The position numbers and the translations under genes were made by a program. The notes beneath the pieces are model-generated. The model saw nothing but the letters and a program-made list of their open reading frames with translations, did not search any database and was not told the DNA's origin. DNA of 64,000 nucleotides from Mobula hypostoma (taxonomy: Eukaryota). Where the stretch lies: contig NC_086109.1 of NCBI RefSeq assembly GCF_963921235.1, forward strand, positions 12,214,001-12,278,000, in the 5' to 3' direction. How positions within the stretch are numbered: position 1 is the stretch's first letter; every line of letters starts with the position of its first letter. Positions 11,925-23,190 of the stretch are shown one piece after another.

Positions 11925-14900
11925 CCATGCTGTTGACTTCAATGACATATCTGCAGGTGCTGGCATTGTTGGAGATGGATACATTGAATACATAGAAACA
12001 TAGAAACATAGAAAATAGGTGCAGGAGTAGGCCATTCGGCCCTTCGAGCCTGCACCGCCATTTATTATGATCATGGCTGATCATCCAACTCAGAACCCAG
12101 CCTTCCCTCCATACCCCCTGACCCCTGTAGCCACAAGGGCCAAATCTAACTCCCTCTTAAACATAGCCAATGAACTGGCCTCAACAGTTTGATGTGGCAG
12201 AGAATTCCACAGATTCACCACTCTTTGTGTGAAGAAGTTTTTCCTAATCTCGGTCCTAAAAGGCTTCCCCTCTATCCTCAAACTGTGACCCCTCGTTCTG
12301 GACTTCCCCAACATCGGGAACAATCTTCCTGCATCTAGCCTGTCCAATCCCTTTAGGATCTTATACGTTTCAATCAGATCCCCCCCTCAATCTTCTAAAT
12401 TCCAACGAGTACAAGCCCAGTTCATCCAGTCTTTCTTCATATGAAAGTCCTGCCATCCCAGGAATCAATCTAGTGAACCTTCTTTGTACTCCCTCTATGG
12501 CAAAGATGTCTTTCCTCAGATTAGGGGACCAAAACTGCACACAATACTCCAGGTGTGGTCTCACCAAGGCCTTGTACAACTGCAGTAGTACCTCCCTGCT
12601 CCTGTACTCGAATCCTCTCGCTATAAATGCCAGCATACCATTCGCCTTTTTCACCGCCTGCTGTACCTGCATGCCCACTTTCAATGACTGGTGTATAATG
12701 ACACCCAGGTCTCGTTGCACCTCCCCTTTTCCTAATCGGCCACCATTTAGATAATAATCTGTTTTCCTATTTTTGCCACCAAAGTGGATAACTTCACATT
12801 TATCCACATTAAATTGCATCTGCCATGAGTTTGCCCACTCACCCAACCTATCCAAGTCACCCTGCATCCTCTTAGCATCCTCCTCACTGCTAACACTGCC
12901 GCCAAGCTTCGTGTCATCCGCAAACTTGGAGATGCTGCATTTAATTCCCTCATCCAAGTCATTAATATATATTGTAAACAACTGGGGTCCCAGCACTGAG
13001 CCTTGCGGTACCCCACTAGTCACCGCCTGCCATTCTGAAAAGGTCCCGTTTATTCCCACTCTTTGCTTCCTGTCTGCTAACCAATTCTCCACCCACACCA
13101 ATACCTTACCCCCAATACCGTGTGCTTTAAGTTTGCACACTAATCTCCTATGTGGGACCTTGTCAAAAGCCTTTTGAAAATCCAAATATACCATATCCAC
13201 TGGTTCTCCCCTATCCACTCTACTAGTTACATCCTCAAAAAATTCTATGAGATTCGTCAGACATGATTTTCCTTTCACAAATCCACGCTGACTTTGTCCA
13301 ATCATTTCTCCGCTTTCCAAATGTGCTGTTATCACATCCTTGATAACTGACTCCAGCAGCTTCCCCACCACCGACATTAGGCTAACCGGTCTATAATTCC
13401 CCGGTTTCTCTCTCCCTCCTTTTTTAAAAATTGGGGTTACATTAGCCACCCTCCAATCCTCAGGAACTAGTCCAGAATCTAACGAGTTTTGAAAAATTAT
13501 CACTAATGCATCCACTATTTCTTGGGCTACTTCCTTAAGCACTCTAGGATGCAGACCATCTGGCCCTGGGGATTTATCTGCCTTCAATCCCTTCAATTTA
13601 CCTAACACCACTTCCCTACTAACATGTATTTCACTCAGTTCCTCCATCTCACTGGACCCTCTGTCCCTTACTATTTCTGGAAGATTATTTGTGTCCTCCT
13701 TAGTGAAGACAGAACCAAAGTAATTATTCAATTGGTCTGCCATGTCCTTGCTCCCCATAATCAATTCACCTGTTTCTGTCTGCAGGGGACCTACATTTGT
13801 CTTTACCAGTCTTTTCCTTTTTACATATCTATAAAAGCTTTTACAGTCCGTTTTTATGTTCTCTGCCAGTTTTCTCTCATAATCTTTTTTCCCCTTCCTA
13901 ATTAAGCCCTTTGTCCTCCTCTGCTGAACTCTGAATTCCTCCCAGTCCTCAGGTGAGCCTCTTTCTCTGGCTAATTTGTATGCTACTTCTTTGGAATTGA
14001 TACTATCCCTAATTTCTCTTGTCAGCCACGGGTGCACTACCTTCCTTGATTTATTCTTTTGCCAAACTGGGAAGAACAATTGTTGTAGTTCATCCATGCA
14101 ACCTATAAATGCTTGCCATTGCATATCCACCGTCAATCCTTTAAGTGTCATTTGCCAGTCTATCTTAGCTAATTCACGTCTCATACCTTCAAAGTTCCCC
14201 TTCTTTAAGTTCAGAACCTTTGTTTCTGAATTAACTATGTCACTCTCCATATTAATGAAGAATTCCACCATATTATGGTCACTCTTACCCAAGGGGCCTC
14301 TCACGACAAGATCGCTAATTAACCCTTCCTCATTGCTCAAAACCCAGTCCAGAATAGCCTGTTCTCTAGTCGGTTCCTCGACATGTTGGTTCAAAAAACC
14401 ATCCCGCATACATTCCAAGAAATCCTCTTCCTCAGCACCTTTACCAATTTGGTTCACCCAGTCTACATGTAGATTGAAGTCACCCATTATAACTGCTGTT
14501 CCTTTATTGCACACATTTCTAATTTCCTGTTTAATACCATCTCCGACCTCACTACTACTGTTAGGTGGCCTGTACACAACTCCCACCAGCGTCTTCTGCC
14601 CCTTAGTGTTACGCAGCTCTACCCATATCGATTCCACATCTTCCCGGCTTATGTCCTTCCTTTCTATTGCGTTAATCTCTTCTTTAACCAGCAACGCCAC
14701 CCCAACTCCCCTTCCTTCATGTCTATCCCTCCTGAATATTGAATATCCCTGAACGTTGAGCTCCCATCCCTGGTCACCCTGGAGCCATGTCTCTGTGATC
14801 CCAACTATATCATAATCATTAATAACAATCTGCACTTTCAATTCATCCACCTTATTACGAATGCTCCTTGCATTGACACATAAAGCCTTCAGGCGCTCTT

Positions 14901-15283
14901 TTACAACTCTCTTAGCCCTTTTTAATGCTTGCCCTGGATTTGTCAGCCTGCCACTTTTACTTTTACTTTTACTTTTCTCCTTTGTACTTTTTGCTTCTAC
15001 TCTCACTTTACACCCCTGTGTACTTATACGTCACTGGACTTCTCTCCATTAGCATTTGAGGCTTTGCAATAATACAGATGGTTGTTGTATTTTAAGGATT
15101 GGCAAAGTAGTTCCAGTTTATTGGTATTAGATATATTTAAATCCATAGATGGGGTCTTTTCATACCATGAGTACTGATTGGGAAGGGATCCATTGGCAGA
15201 CTCAGAGGACACTGACACGGAGTCCGCACAACTTGAGCCATTTATTTGTGGTGAAAATCGAAGCAAAGGAACAGACACATTTT
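11925..15283 (-). pseudogene. Gene L C2b exon, split by a CR1 insertion (parts 15030-15283 and 11925-11991)
   Basis: Removing the LINE and one ATAC copy restores exactly 321 nt in frame (...EKSSDVFNVSISNNASTCRYVIEVNSM G|gtaagt). The insertion creates TAA at 15024-15026, and the B-strand Cys is Ser here (VSVSSES). Confidence 0.9.
11992..15025 (-). mobile_element. Young CR1 LINE, near-complete ORF2 (APE endonuclease + RT), 5'-truncated
   Basis: ORF 12370-15006 (878 aa; VIMGDFN, GVPQGSVLGP, FADD) continues after one frameshift in a G7 run into 12090-12347. Has a (TTTCTATG)n tail and a 4-nt ATAC duplication at 11988-11991 and 15026-15029. Confidence 0.95.
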
Positions 15284-16436
15284 CTGTGGAAAAGAATCAG
15301 TGAACATCTGAAAATCAAGCACACAAAAGATTTCAGCAGTTCTGTATCTCAACCAGGACCCACCAGTTTGGAACCTCAGCAGCTCCTCTACCTCTCAGTG
15401 TCTCTGCATCCTCAGAGCTGCCTGAACTGCCATGTCTGACATTAATCCAGAACACAACATAACTCCAGAACAGAACAGCAGTGAAGACACTATGTCAGTC
15501 ACTCTCTCTTAGCAGTAAGGAGACAGTCTAAAAGTGGCACCTAACAGCTTGACTCTGCAAAGCAGCTTTTGTGGGTGTCCAGGAAAACTCCCCATTATGT
15601 GAAAGCAGAAAATTGTTAGATAAATACAAACTGAATGGTGACTTGAGGGAGAGAGTATAATTGTAATTGTTTCAGTGGCCTACAGCAGGAAGGGAACCTG
15701 TTAGTTCAGTACATAGGAGCAGAATTAGGCCATTCAGCCCATTGAGTCTGCTCCACCATTCCATCATGGCTGATTTATTATCCCTCTAAATCTATTCTCC
15801 TTCTTTCTCTCTGTAACCTTTGACACCCTATAATCAATAACCTATCAAACTCCACTTTAAATATACCCACAGTTTACTTTGGCAATGAATTCCACATATT
15901 CATCAGCTTCTGCCTCACAAAATTCCTCCTTAACTCTCTTTTAAAGGATGTTCGTCTATTCTAAGTCTGTGCCCTCTAGTTCTAGATGCTCGCACTATTG
16001 GAAACATCCTCTCTACATCCACTGAAATTTTCAATTCTTGATAGCTTTCAATGAGATCCTCCCTCATTCTTCCAAACTCCAGCAAGTACAGGCCCAGAGC
16101 CTTCAAACACTCCTCATACATTAGGGAAGTTTGATGTCACCTGGAATTTAATATCAGGATCCCTTTAGAAATGATGTACAGAGAGTTCTTGGGGTTCAAG
16201 TCAATTGCTCCCTGAAAGTGGCAACACAAGTGGACATAACGGTAATGAAAGCATTCTGCACATTTGCCTTCTTCATTCTACATGTTGGAGACTAAAGCTG
16301 ACAAGGCATTTTGTAGCTTCATAAAACATTGATTAGGTCACATTAGGAACATAATATGTATTTCTGGTTGCAACACTATAGGAAGGATGTTGAGGTTTTG
16401 GAGAGGGTAAGGAGGCTCACCATGATGTCACCAGGG

Positions 16437-16720
16437 TTGGCACAGTAACACGATGGTTACCACAATGCTTTACAGTCCCAGCGACCCGGGTTCAATTCCT
16501 GCCACTGTCTGTGAGCTGTTTGTACATTCTCTCCGTAACTGCAAACGTTTACTCTCGGTGCTCCGGTTTCATTCCACAGTCTGAAGAAGTACCGATTAGT
16601 GGGTTAATTAGTCATTGAAAATTGTCCAGTGTTTTGGCTTGAGTTAAATCTGGAGAAGCTGGGTGACAGGACTTGAAGGGCTAGAAAGGCCTATTCCACA
16701 CTCTTCCTCAATAAATAAAC
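16437..16720 (+). mobile_element. tRNA-derived SINE (elasmobranch HE1/V-SINE-like); duplicated at ~61262-61545
   Basis: B box gggttcaattcc at 16488-16499 and a conserved body. Related copies at ~3105-3320 (-), ~5030-5250 (-), ~53685-53900 (+), ~54498-54775 (+) and ~56360-56850 (+). Confidence 0.75.
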
Positions 16721-17107
16721 AAAACCGATAAATAGATAGATAAATAAATAAATAGTGAGCTAGCTGGATAGATTGATAGGTGATGAATTAATAAATGAAT
16801 GACTAAATAAATGTTACCAGCACTGGAGTGTATAAGCTGTGGGCAGTAGTTGGACAATCTTGCTGTGTTTTCGTTGGAGAGTCAGAGGCTGAGAAGAGAT
16901 GTGATAGAAGTTTATAAAGTTATAGAAGTCATAGATAGATGGTCAGAATCTTTTTCCCAGGGTTGAAATATCAAATAATTGTGAGCATAGTTTTAAGATG
17001 ATTAGGGGCAAGTTTAAATGATGTTTGAGAAACAAGATTTTTTTTTACAATGAGGTAGTAACTGCATGGAACACACAGTCAGACCAGCTGATGGAAGAAG
17101 ACCAGCT

Positions 17108-17283
17108 TCTTCCACACTGCTCATTTTGCCCATTTGTATTCACTAACGATGTGCATTGGTGACCCCACATGAAGCACAAATACTTTGTGTGTGAACGGTA
17201 CACTGGTGCATAGTGACAGTTGATTGTGATTGCTCTTCCCACAACTCCTCTTACTTTATCTTCTGCCTGTAAAGCACATAAAA
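17108..17283 (-). pseudogene. Gene L second V exon (V2), 3'-truncated pseudo-exon
   Basis: Acceptor ccatttccctcag, then VLCALQAEDKVRGVVGRAITINCHY...KYLC...QCGR. Homology stops there: no F-strand Cys, no donor, and the sequence runs into an old CR1 fragment. Confidence 0.85.
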
Positions 17284-18504
17284 CTGAGGGAAATGGACAG
17301 GTGAAATCAAATTTACACAAGTAGATTCAAGATGCTATGTTGTTTAATGTCATTTCCTGTACAAACGTGTAAAGAAGAATGAAATTTTTGTTACTCTGGT
17401 CCCTTGCAGCACAAAAATAAACACGAAAGATAAGGAACACAAAAATAATAAAAAGGACATTTTATTTAAATTTGTCACTGTGTTCTATGGAATCTGCCAG
17501 ACTGTCAAATGGTGTAATTGAATTCCACATTGACTGAGAAGACAACAGCATCGTCCCTCATCACGTGCTCCCAGCTCTTCAGAAGTAATGATTTTTATTT
17601 GATTGGAGTCATCATTGTCACTGCCCACTAATGTCTCAGTGTGATTCCACAATTCTGAGTCAATAGATTACTGATCCGGTCCCATTCCAGGCAGGTGAGC
17701 ATAAGATCAGTGGTGGGTAAATTACAGGCGGTGATTATATAGGACAGGATCTACTTGAATTTGCAAAGGCACGATCTGATTTTGGATAGTTAACATAATT
17801 TTGTGCATGGGAAATCATTGAAAAAAATATAATTGAGAATTTTGAAGCAATGATCAAAGGGTCTGATGAGGACAGGGCAATAGAGTTTAGCACAGCCTTT
17901 GACAAGGTCTTGCATAGTAGACTGATCTATAATGTGGGATTACATGGTAAACGACTGTAGCTGGATGGATACTGAATAGGCTTAGTGGAAGGAGTCAGAT
18001 TGTGGTAATGGGGTGTTGGTTTTATGACAACATCAGACTTTATCACCAGTGAGAGTACCATCAGGATCAGTGTTGTTATCCGTTAACCACTGTTATTTGT
18101 CATCAATAATAATAATTTGTAATGATAATGTAGGTGACACCATTGGTTGTTGATGACACTGCAATGTGATGGACAGTGGAAAGTGTTGTCCAAGTCTACA
18201 ACGAGATCTGGAAAACAAACCAGTGTTCAGCCCCATTTCTCTCTGCCAGCATGATTCCCCCACCTGAGCCCAACTCGTCTGCCTGTATTTGACCCGCCTC
18301 CCTCTCTTCTCAGTACTACCATCGAGAGGGAGGAGCAGGATCCTGGGTCCTATGCCAGGACCAGTGTCACTCTCCTCTGCACTGAACTGACACCGCAGCT
18401 GTGGACTCACTTTCGCGGACTCTGCGTCTCATGTTCCATGTATTGTTTGTTTATATATTTTTATTACTTGAATGATTCATCCTCCTTTGCACATTAAATG
18501 TTTG

Positions 18505-19545
18505 TCAGATTGGAGGCCGGTGTCTAGTGGTGTGCCTCAGGGATCTGTACTGGGTCCAATGTTGTTTGTCATATATATTATTGATCTGGATGATGGGGTG
18601 GTAAATTGGATTAGTAAGTATACAGATGTTACTAAGATAGGTGGAGTTGTGGATAATGAAGTAGGTTTTCAATGCTTGCAGAGAGATTTAGGCCAGTTAG
18701 AAGAGTGGGCTGAAAGATGGCAGATGGAGTTTAATGCTGATAAATGTGATGTGCTATATTTTGGTACAACTTATCAAAATAGGACGTACATGGTAAATGG
18801 TAGGGCATTGAAGAATGCAGTAGAACAGAGGGAGCTAGGATTAATAGTGCATAGTTCCCTGAAGGTGGAATCTCACGTAGATAGGGTGGTGAAGAAAGCT
18901 TTTGGTATGCTGGCCTTTATAAATCAGAGCATTGAGTATAGGAGTTGGGATGTAATGTTGAAATTGTATAAGGCATTAGTAAGGCCAAATTTGGAGTATT
19001 GTGCACAGTTCTGGTCACCGAATTATAGGAAAGATGTCAATAAAATTGAGAGAGTTCAGAGAAGATTTACTAGAATGTTACCTGGATTTCATCTCCTAAG
19101 TTACAGAGAAAGGTTGAACAAGTTTGGTCTTTATTCTTTGGAGTGTAAAAGGTTGAGGTAGGAATTGATAGAGGTGTTTAAAATTATGAGGGGGGATAGA
19201 TAGCGTTGACGTGGATAGGCTTTTTCTGTTGAGAGTGGGGGAGATTCAAACAAGAGGACATGAGTTGAGAGTTAAAGGGCAAAAGTTTAGGGGTAACATG
19301 AGGGGGAACTTCTTTACTCAGAGAGTGGTAGCTGTGTGGAACGAGCTTCCAGCAGAAGTGGTTGAGGCAGGTTCGATGTCATTTAAAGTTAAATTGGAAA
19401 GCTGTCTGGACAGGAAAGGAATGGAGAGTTATGGGCTGAGTGCAGTTCGGTGGGACTAGGTGAGAGTAAGAGTTCGGCATGGACTAGAAGGGCCAAGATG
19501 GCCTGTTTCCATGCTGTAATTTTTATATGGTTATATGGTATGGTT
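18505..19545 (+). mobile_element. CR1 3' fragment (duplicated at 63390-64000)
   Basis: GVPQGSVLGP and RPNLEYCAQFWSP motifs, with a (tatggt)n-like tail. Confidence 0.88.
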
Positions 19546-20929
19546 TGTCATGCATTCTATTTTGTTTCTTTGTTTTCTAGGCAACTGCAAAAAATGATTC
19601 TCTAGCTTGTTTTTAGTGCACATCTCTTGACAATAACTTTACTTTGAACTTTGAACTAGGAAAGTGGCCAAAGGAATGTCTGATGGAATTGAACTCTCCC
19701 GTTTCAGAGGTCTTGGAGGGGCAGTGTTTTCCACACAGAGCAGTGTGTACGTGGAAAAGGCTGCCAGAGGAAGTGCTCGAGGTGGGTACAAATACACTAC
19801 CTAAAATTCATTTGGACAAGTTCATTTACAGGAAAGCTTTAGAAGGATATGGGCCAAATGTAGGGAAATGGGAGAAGCTCAGGAAGACATTGTGGATTTG
19901 GGCCAAAGCCCCTGTTTCCATAACCTGTAACTCTGTGACTCTGCTGCATCCTCTCAGAACTGGACCACACTTTTGAAAGGTTAAATTCAGAATTCTATGC
20001 CATTGCATTGGTGTGACCTTTCAAACTTCAAAGTTCAAAGTACATTTAATACATAGATACATAGTATTTATACTATGTACAGCCTTAAGATTTGTCCCCT
20101 CACAGACAGCCACAAAACCATGAAACCAAATAGAATACATGAAAAATAAACTGCCAAAAACACAATGTGCAGAAAAAGAACTCATGCAAACCATAAAAGT
20201 AAGCAAATTATATTCAGAACTGAAATTCACAAAAGTGAGTCACAGACACAATGCCAGTCATCACTTCAGACGATTCAGGAGCCCGTTAATTGCAGGTCGC
20301 AGCCTTAGTTCAGCACAGAGATAAATCAGCCTTGCGGAGCGTCAAGCTGAACATCGGCCTGTCTCTCACCTACGACAGGCATTCCTCTACTCAGGAAATT
20401 ATAAAGCTAATGATGACCATAAGACAATGGGACCATAAGACATTGGAGAAGAATTAGGCCATTCGGCCCATTCAGTCTAACTGCTCCACCATTCCATCAT
20501 GGTTAGTTTATTATCCCACTCAATCCAAAATACCTGCATTCTCCCATAACCATTCATGCCCTTGCTAATTAACAAATTCACGAGCTTTACTTAAAATTAT
20601 GCAAAATACTGAATAAGTTCATCCTCCATTTCTTCGTCCCTCAAAACTACCTCTTCAGCATCATTATCCAGTGATCTGATATCCAATCTTGTTTCTCTTT
20701 ACTCTTCAAATATCTGTAATTCTTTTGGTCTCCATTTTCCTTCTTATTTCATCATTTCTTTCTTTATAGTTTTCTTGTTGCCTTCTTCTGCTTTTTAAAA
20801 GCTCCCCAATTCTCTAACTCACCATAATTTTTTGCTCTATGATATATCCTTCCTTTTGTTTTTATGACAGTGTCACCTGTCTCACAGCTCAACACTCATT
20901 CGAGCAACTTCTATGCAGAAGCTGGAAGT

Positions 20930-21317
20930 ATAGAAACATAGAAACATAGAAAATAGGTGCAGGAGTAGGCCATTCGGCCCTTCGAGCCTGCACCGCCATT
21001 TATTATGATCATGGCTGATCATCCAACTCAGAACCCAGCCTTCCCTCCATACCCCCTGACCCCTGTAGCCACAAGGGCCATATCTAACTCCCTCTTAAAC
21101 ATAGCCAATGAACTGGCCTCAACAGTTTGCTGTGGCAGAGAATTCCACAGATTCACCACTCTCTGTGTGAAGAAGTTTTTCCTAATCTCGGTCCTAAAAG
21201 GCTTCCCCTCTATCCTCAAACTGTGACCCCTCGTTCTGGACCTCCCCAACATCGGGAACAATCTTCCCGCATCTAGCCTGTCCAATCCCTTTAGGATCTT
21301 ATACGTTTCAATCAGAT
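20930..21317 (-). mobile_element. 3' fragment of the same young CR1 family
   Basis: About 5 mismatches in ~385 nt versus 11992-12379, with the same tail repeat. Confidence 0.92.
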
Positions 21318-21566
21318 AAATGAATGAAAGGCTCTCAATATGTCCGGATGTGCAAGTCCAACTATCTTTGAGATGCTCTACATGTTCCAGGAGGAAGTGA
21401 CAGACTTAACTGTTCACTACACTTTATTTCTACCCCATGATGGCTGCAATTTGTAGCTTCTACAAATGCAAAGAAATTCCTTACCCTCACGAGAAGTATA
21501 AGAGCAGCAGTAACAAAGTAACAAAATAAATATTTACATGAATCCTCTCTTGAAAGTAGAACTTAC

Positions 21567-21887
21567 TGGTGCCATTATTTTTCTGTTCATAACGACAGAA
21601 CTCTCCATTGTTGAAGATTTTCACATTTACTACTCCACTGGATTTTATTCCAAGCCTATTCGAGGCATTGCAATAATATTGATGGGCCTGGAGATCTGAG
21701 GATTGACAAGGTAGAACCAGTTCATTGGTGTCTGAGATCTTTTGATCCAGAGTTGAGTTTTTTTTATGCCATGTGTACTGAATTGGAAGGGTTCCCTGGA
21801 GAGACTCACAGGACACTAACACCGAGCCCCCGAGACGTGAGACATTTGCTGGTGACCGATATCGAAGCACAGGAACAGACACAGGTT
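21567..21887 (-). CDS. Gene L exon: C2-type Ig domain (C2a), intact
   Basis: 321 nt, phase 1/1, acceptor cctttccacag, donor A|gtaagt. Reads EPVSVPVL...VSCES...QYTW...YYCNASN...EFCRYEQKNNGT. Confidence 0.88.
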
Positions 21888-21939
21888 CTGTGGAAAGGAA
21901 TTCAACAATCAGACACTGAATGAACATCTGAAAATCAAA

Positions 21940-22500
21940 CACTCTGCCACTTTATTAGGTACACCTGTGCATCTGCTTGTTAAAGCAAATATCTATTTGG
22001 TCTATCATCTGGCAGCAACACAGTACATAAAAACGTGCAGACATGGTCAATAGTTCAGTTGTTGTTCAGACCAAACATCAGAATTGGGAGGAAATGTGAT
22101 CTTAGGGACTTTGACCATGGAATGATAGTTGGTGCCAGAAGGGGAGGTTTGAGTATCTCAGAAACTGTTGATATCCTGGGATTTTCATGGACAACAGTAC
22201 TAGAGTTTACAAAGAATGATGTGAAAAACAAGAAATATTCAGTGAGCAGCAATTATGTGAGCAAAATGCCTTGTTAATGTGAGAGGTCAGAGAAGAATGG
22301 CCAGACTGGTTCAAGCGGACAGAAAGATGACAGGAATGCAAATAAGCACATTTTATGACAGTGGTGTGCAGAAGAGCATCTGAACACACAACACATTGAA
22401 CCTTGAAAAGAATCGGCCATAGCAGCAGAAGACCATAAAGATAAACTCAATGGCCACTTTATTAGGTATAGGAGGTTCCTAATGAAGTGGCCATTGAGTG
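21940..22500 (+). mobile_element. Non-autonomous Tc1-like element ending in a double-TIR mini-hairpin
   Basis: Starts with gccactttattaggtacacct and contains transposase N-terminal remnants; inverted TIR pair at 22445-22499. Confidence 0.75.
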
Positions 22501-22869
22501 TTTAGAGACACAACTTGTGAGATACCCATCATGTGTTTGGAGGCTTTCAGGAGAAAATGAAATTGTGACTGGGTTCAGTGACCTGCCATGGACAGGGAAA
22601 CATGTGTCACTGATATTAATGCAGAGATAGTGAGGGATGGACAGGCTCTGGATAAAGACCTTGTAATCTGTGCAGAGGCTGAGAAGGAGGAGGAGGAGAT
22701 TGTTGTTCTTCAAACACATCCACAGACAGTTCTCCATTCTACAAGCTTAACCCTGGGATCTGCACATCGTCACTCCCCAGGACATCTAATGCACTGACCC
22801 TTCCCAGGGGAAACATGGATGAGACATTTGCTTTCTGGAAGGCAGAAAGTCAATCACTGAGTAACCTAC

Positions 22870-23190
22870 CATCAGATACTTGTAGATGTACATGAAACAT
22901 TGGATCGAGACCTGGTGTTGTAATTCCACAGCTGTACCATCCTGTATCTCCAGAGCGAAGATTCTCCATAGTAACAGTAAATATTCCCTGTTCTGGGTTA
23001 TCTGTGATTGACACTCGTCCACTCCGTCCGTGTTGCCCATTTGTTTCCACTAAAACTGAACAGTGACGAGTCCATCCATGGCACCAATACTTTGTGTGTG
23101 AGCGGTACGTTGCTCCATAGTGACAATCGATTGTGATCGCTCTTCCCACAACTCCTCTTACATATTTCTCTGCCCAAAATGCACCTGAAA
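22870..23190 (-). CDS. Gene L exon: CD300/pIgR-type Ig V domain (V1), intact
   Basis: 321 nt, phase 1/1, acceptor ctgcttcag, donor G|gtaggt. It has both canonical Cys (ITIDCHY, DTGWYSC) and the extra KYWC...C pair typical of CD300/pIgR V domains. Confidence 0.92.

Larger units (their letters stand above)
9070..19100. repeat. Segmental duplication, copy 1 (paralogous to ~55480-64000)
   Basis: Colinear homology across stalk, C2b, V2 and their introns, apart from the CR1 at 11992-15025 and other indels. Confidence 0.92.

Noticed and set aside
12473-14752. Long plus-strand ORFs (e.g. 13976-14752, 258 aa)
   Set aside because: Antisense shadows of the CR1 ORF2; likewise the minus-strand ORFs over the Rex1 and Tx1 elements.
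16488-16499. tRNA genes at B-box matches
   Set aside because: No cloverleaf; the boxes sit in SINE heads repeated across the window.
21330-21459. Alternative Cys-containing terminal exon after C2a (KATNCSHHG...*), giving a secreted form
   Set aside because: A single acceptor-like match with no paralogous or poly(A) support.
19500-21500. A separate signal-peptide exon making V2-C2b an independent gene
   Set aside because: No ATG-hydrophobic-phase-1 donor exon was found; the interval is mostly repeats.
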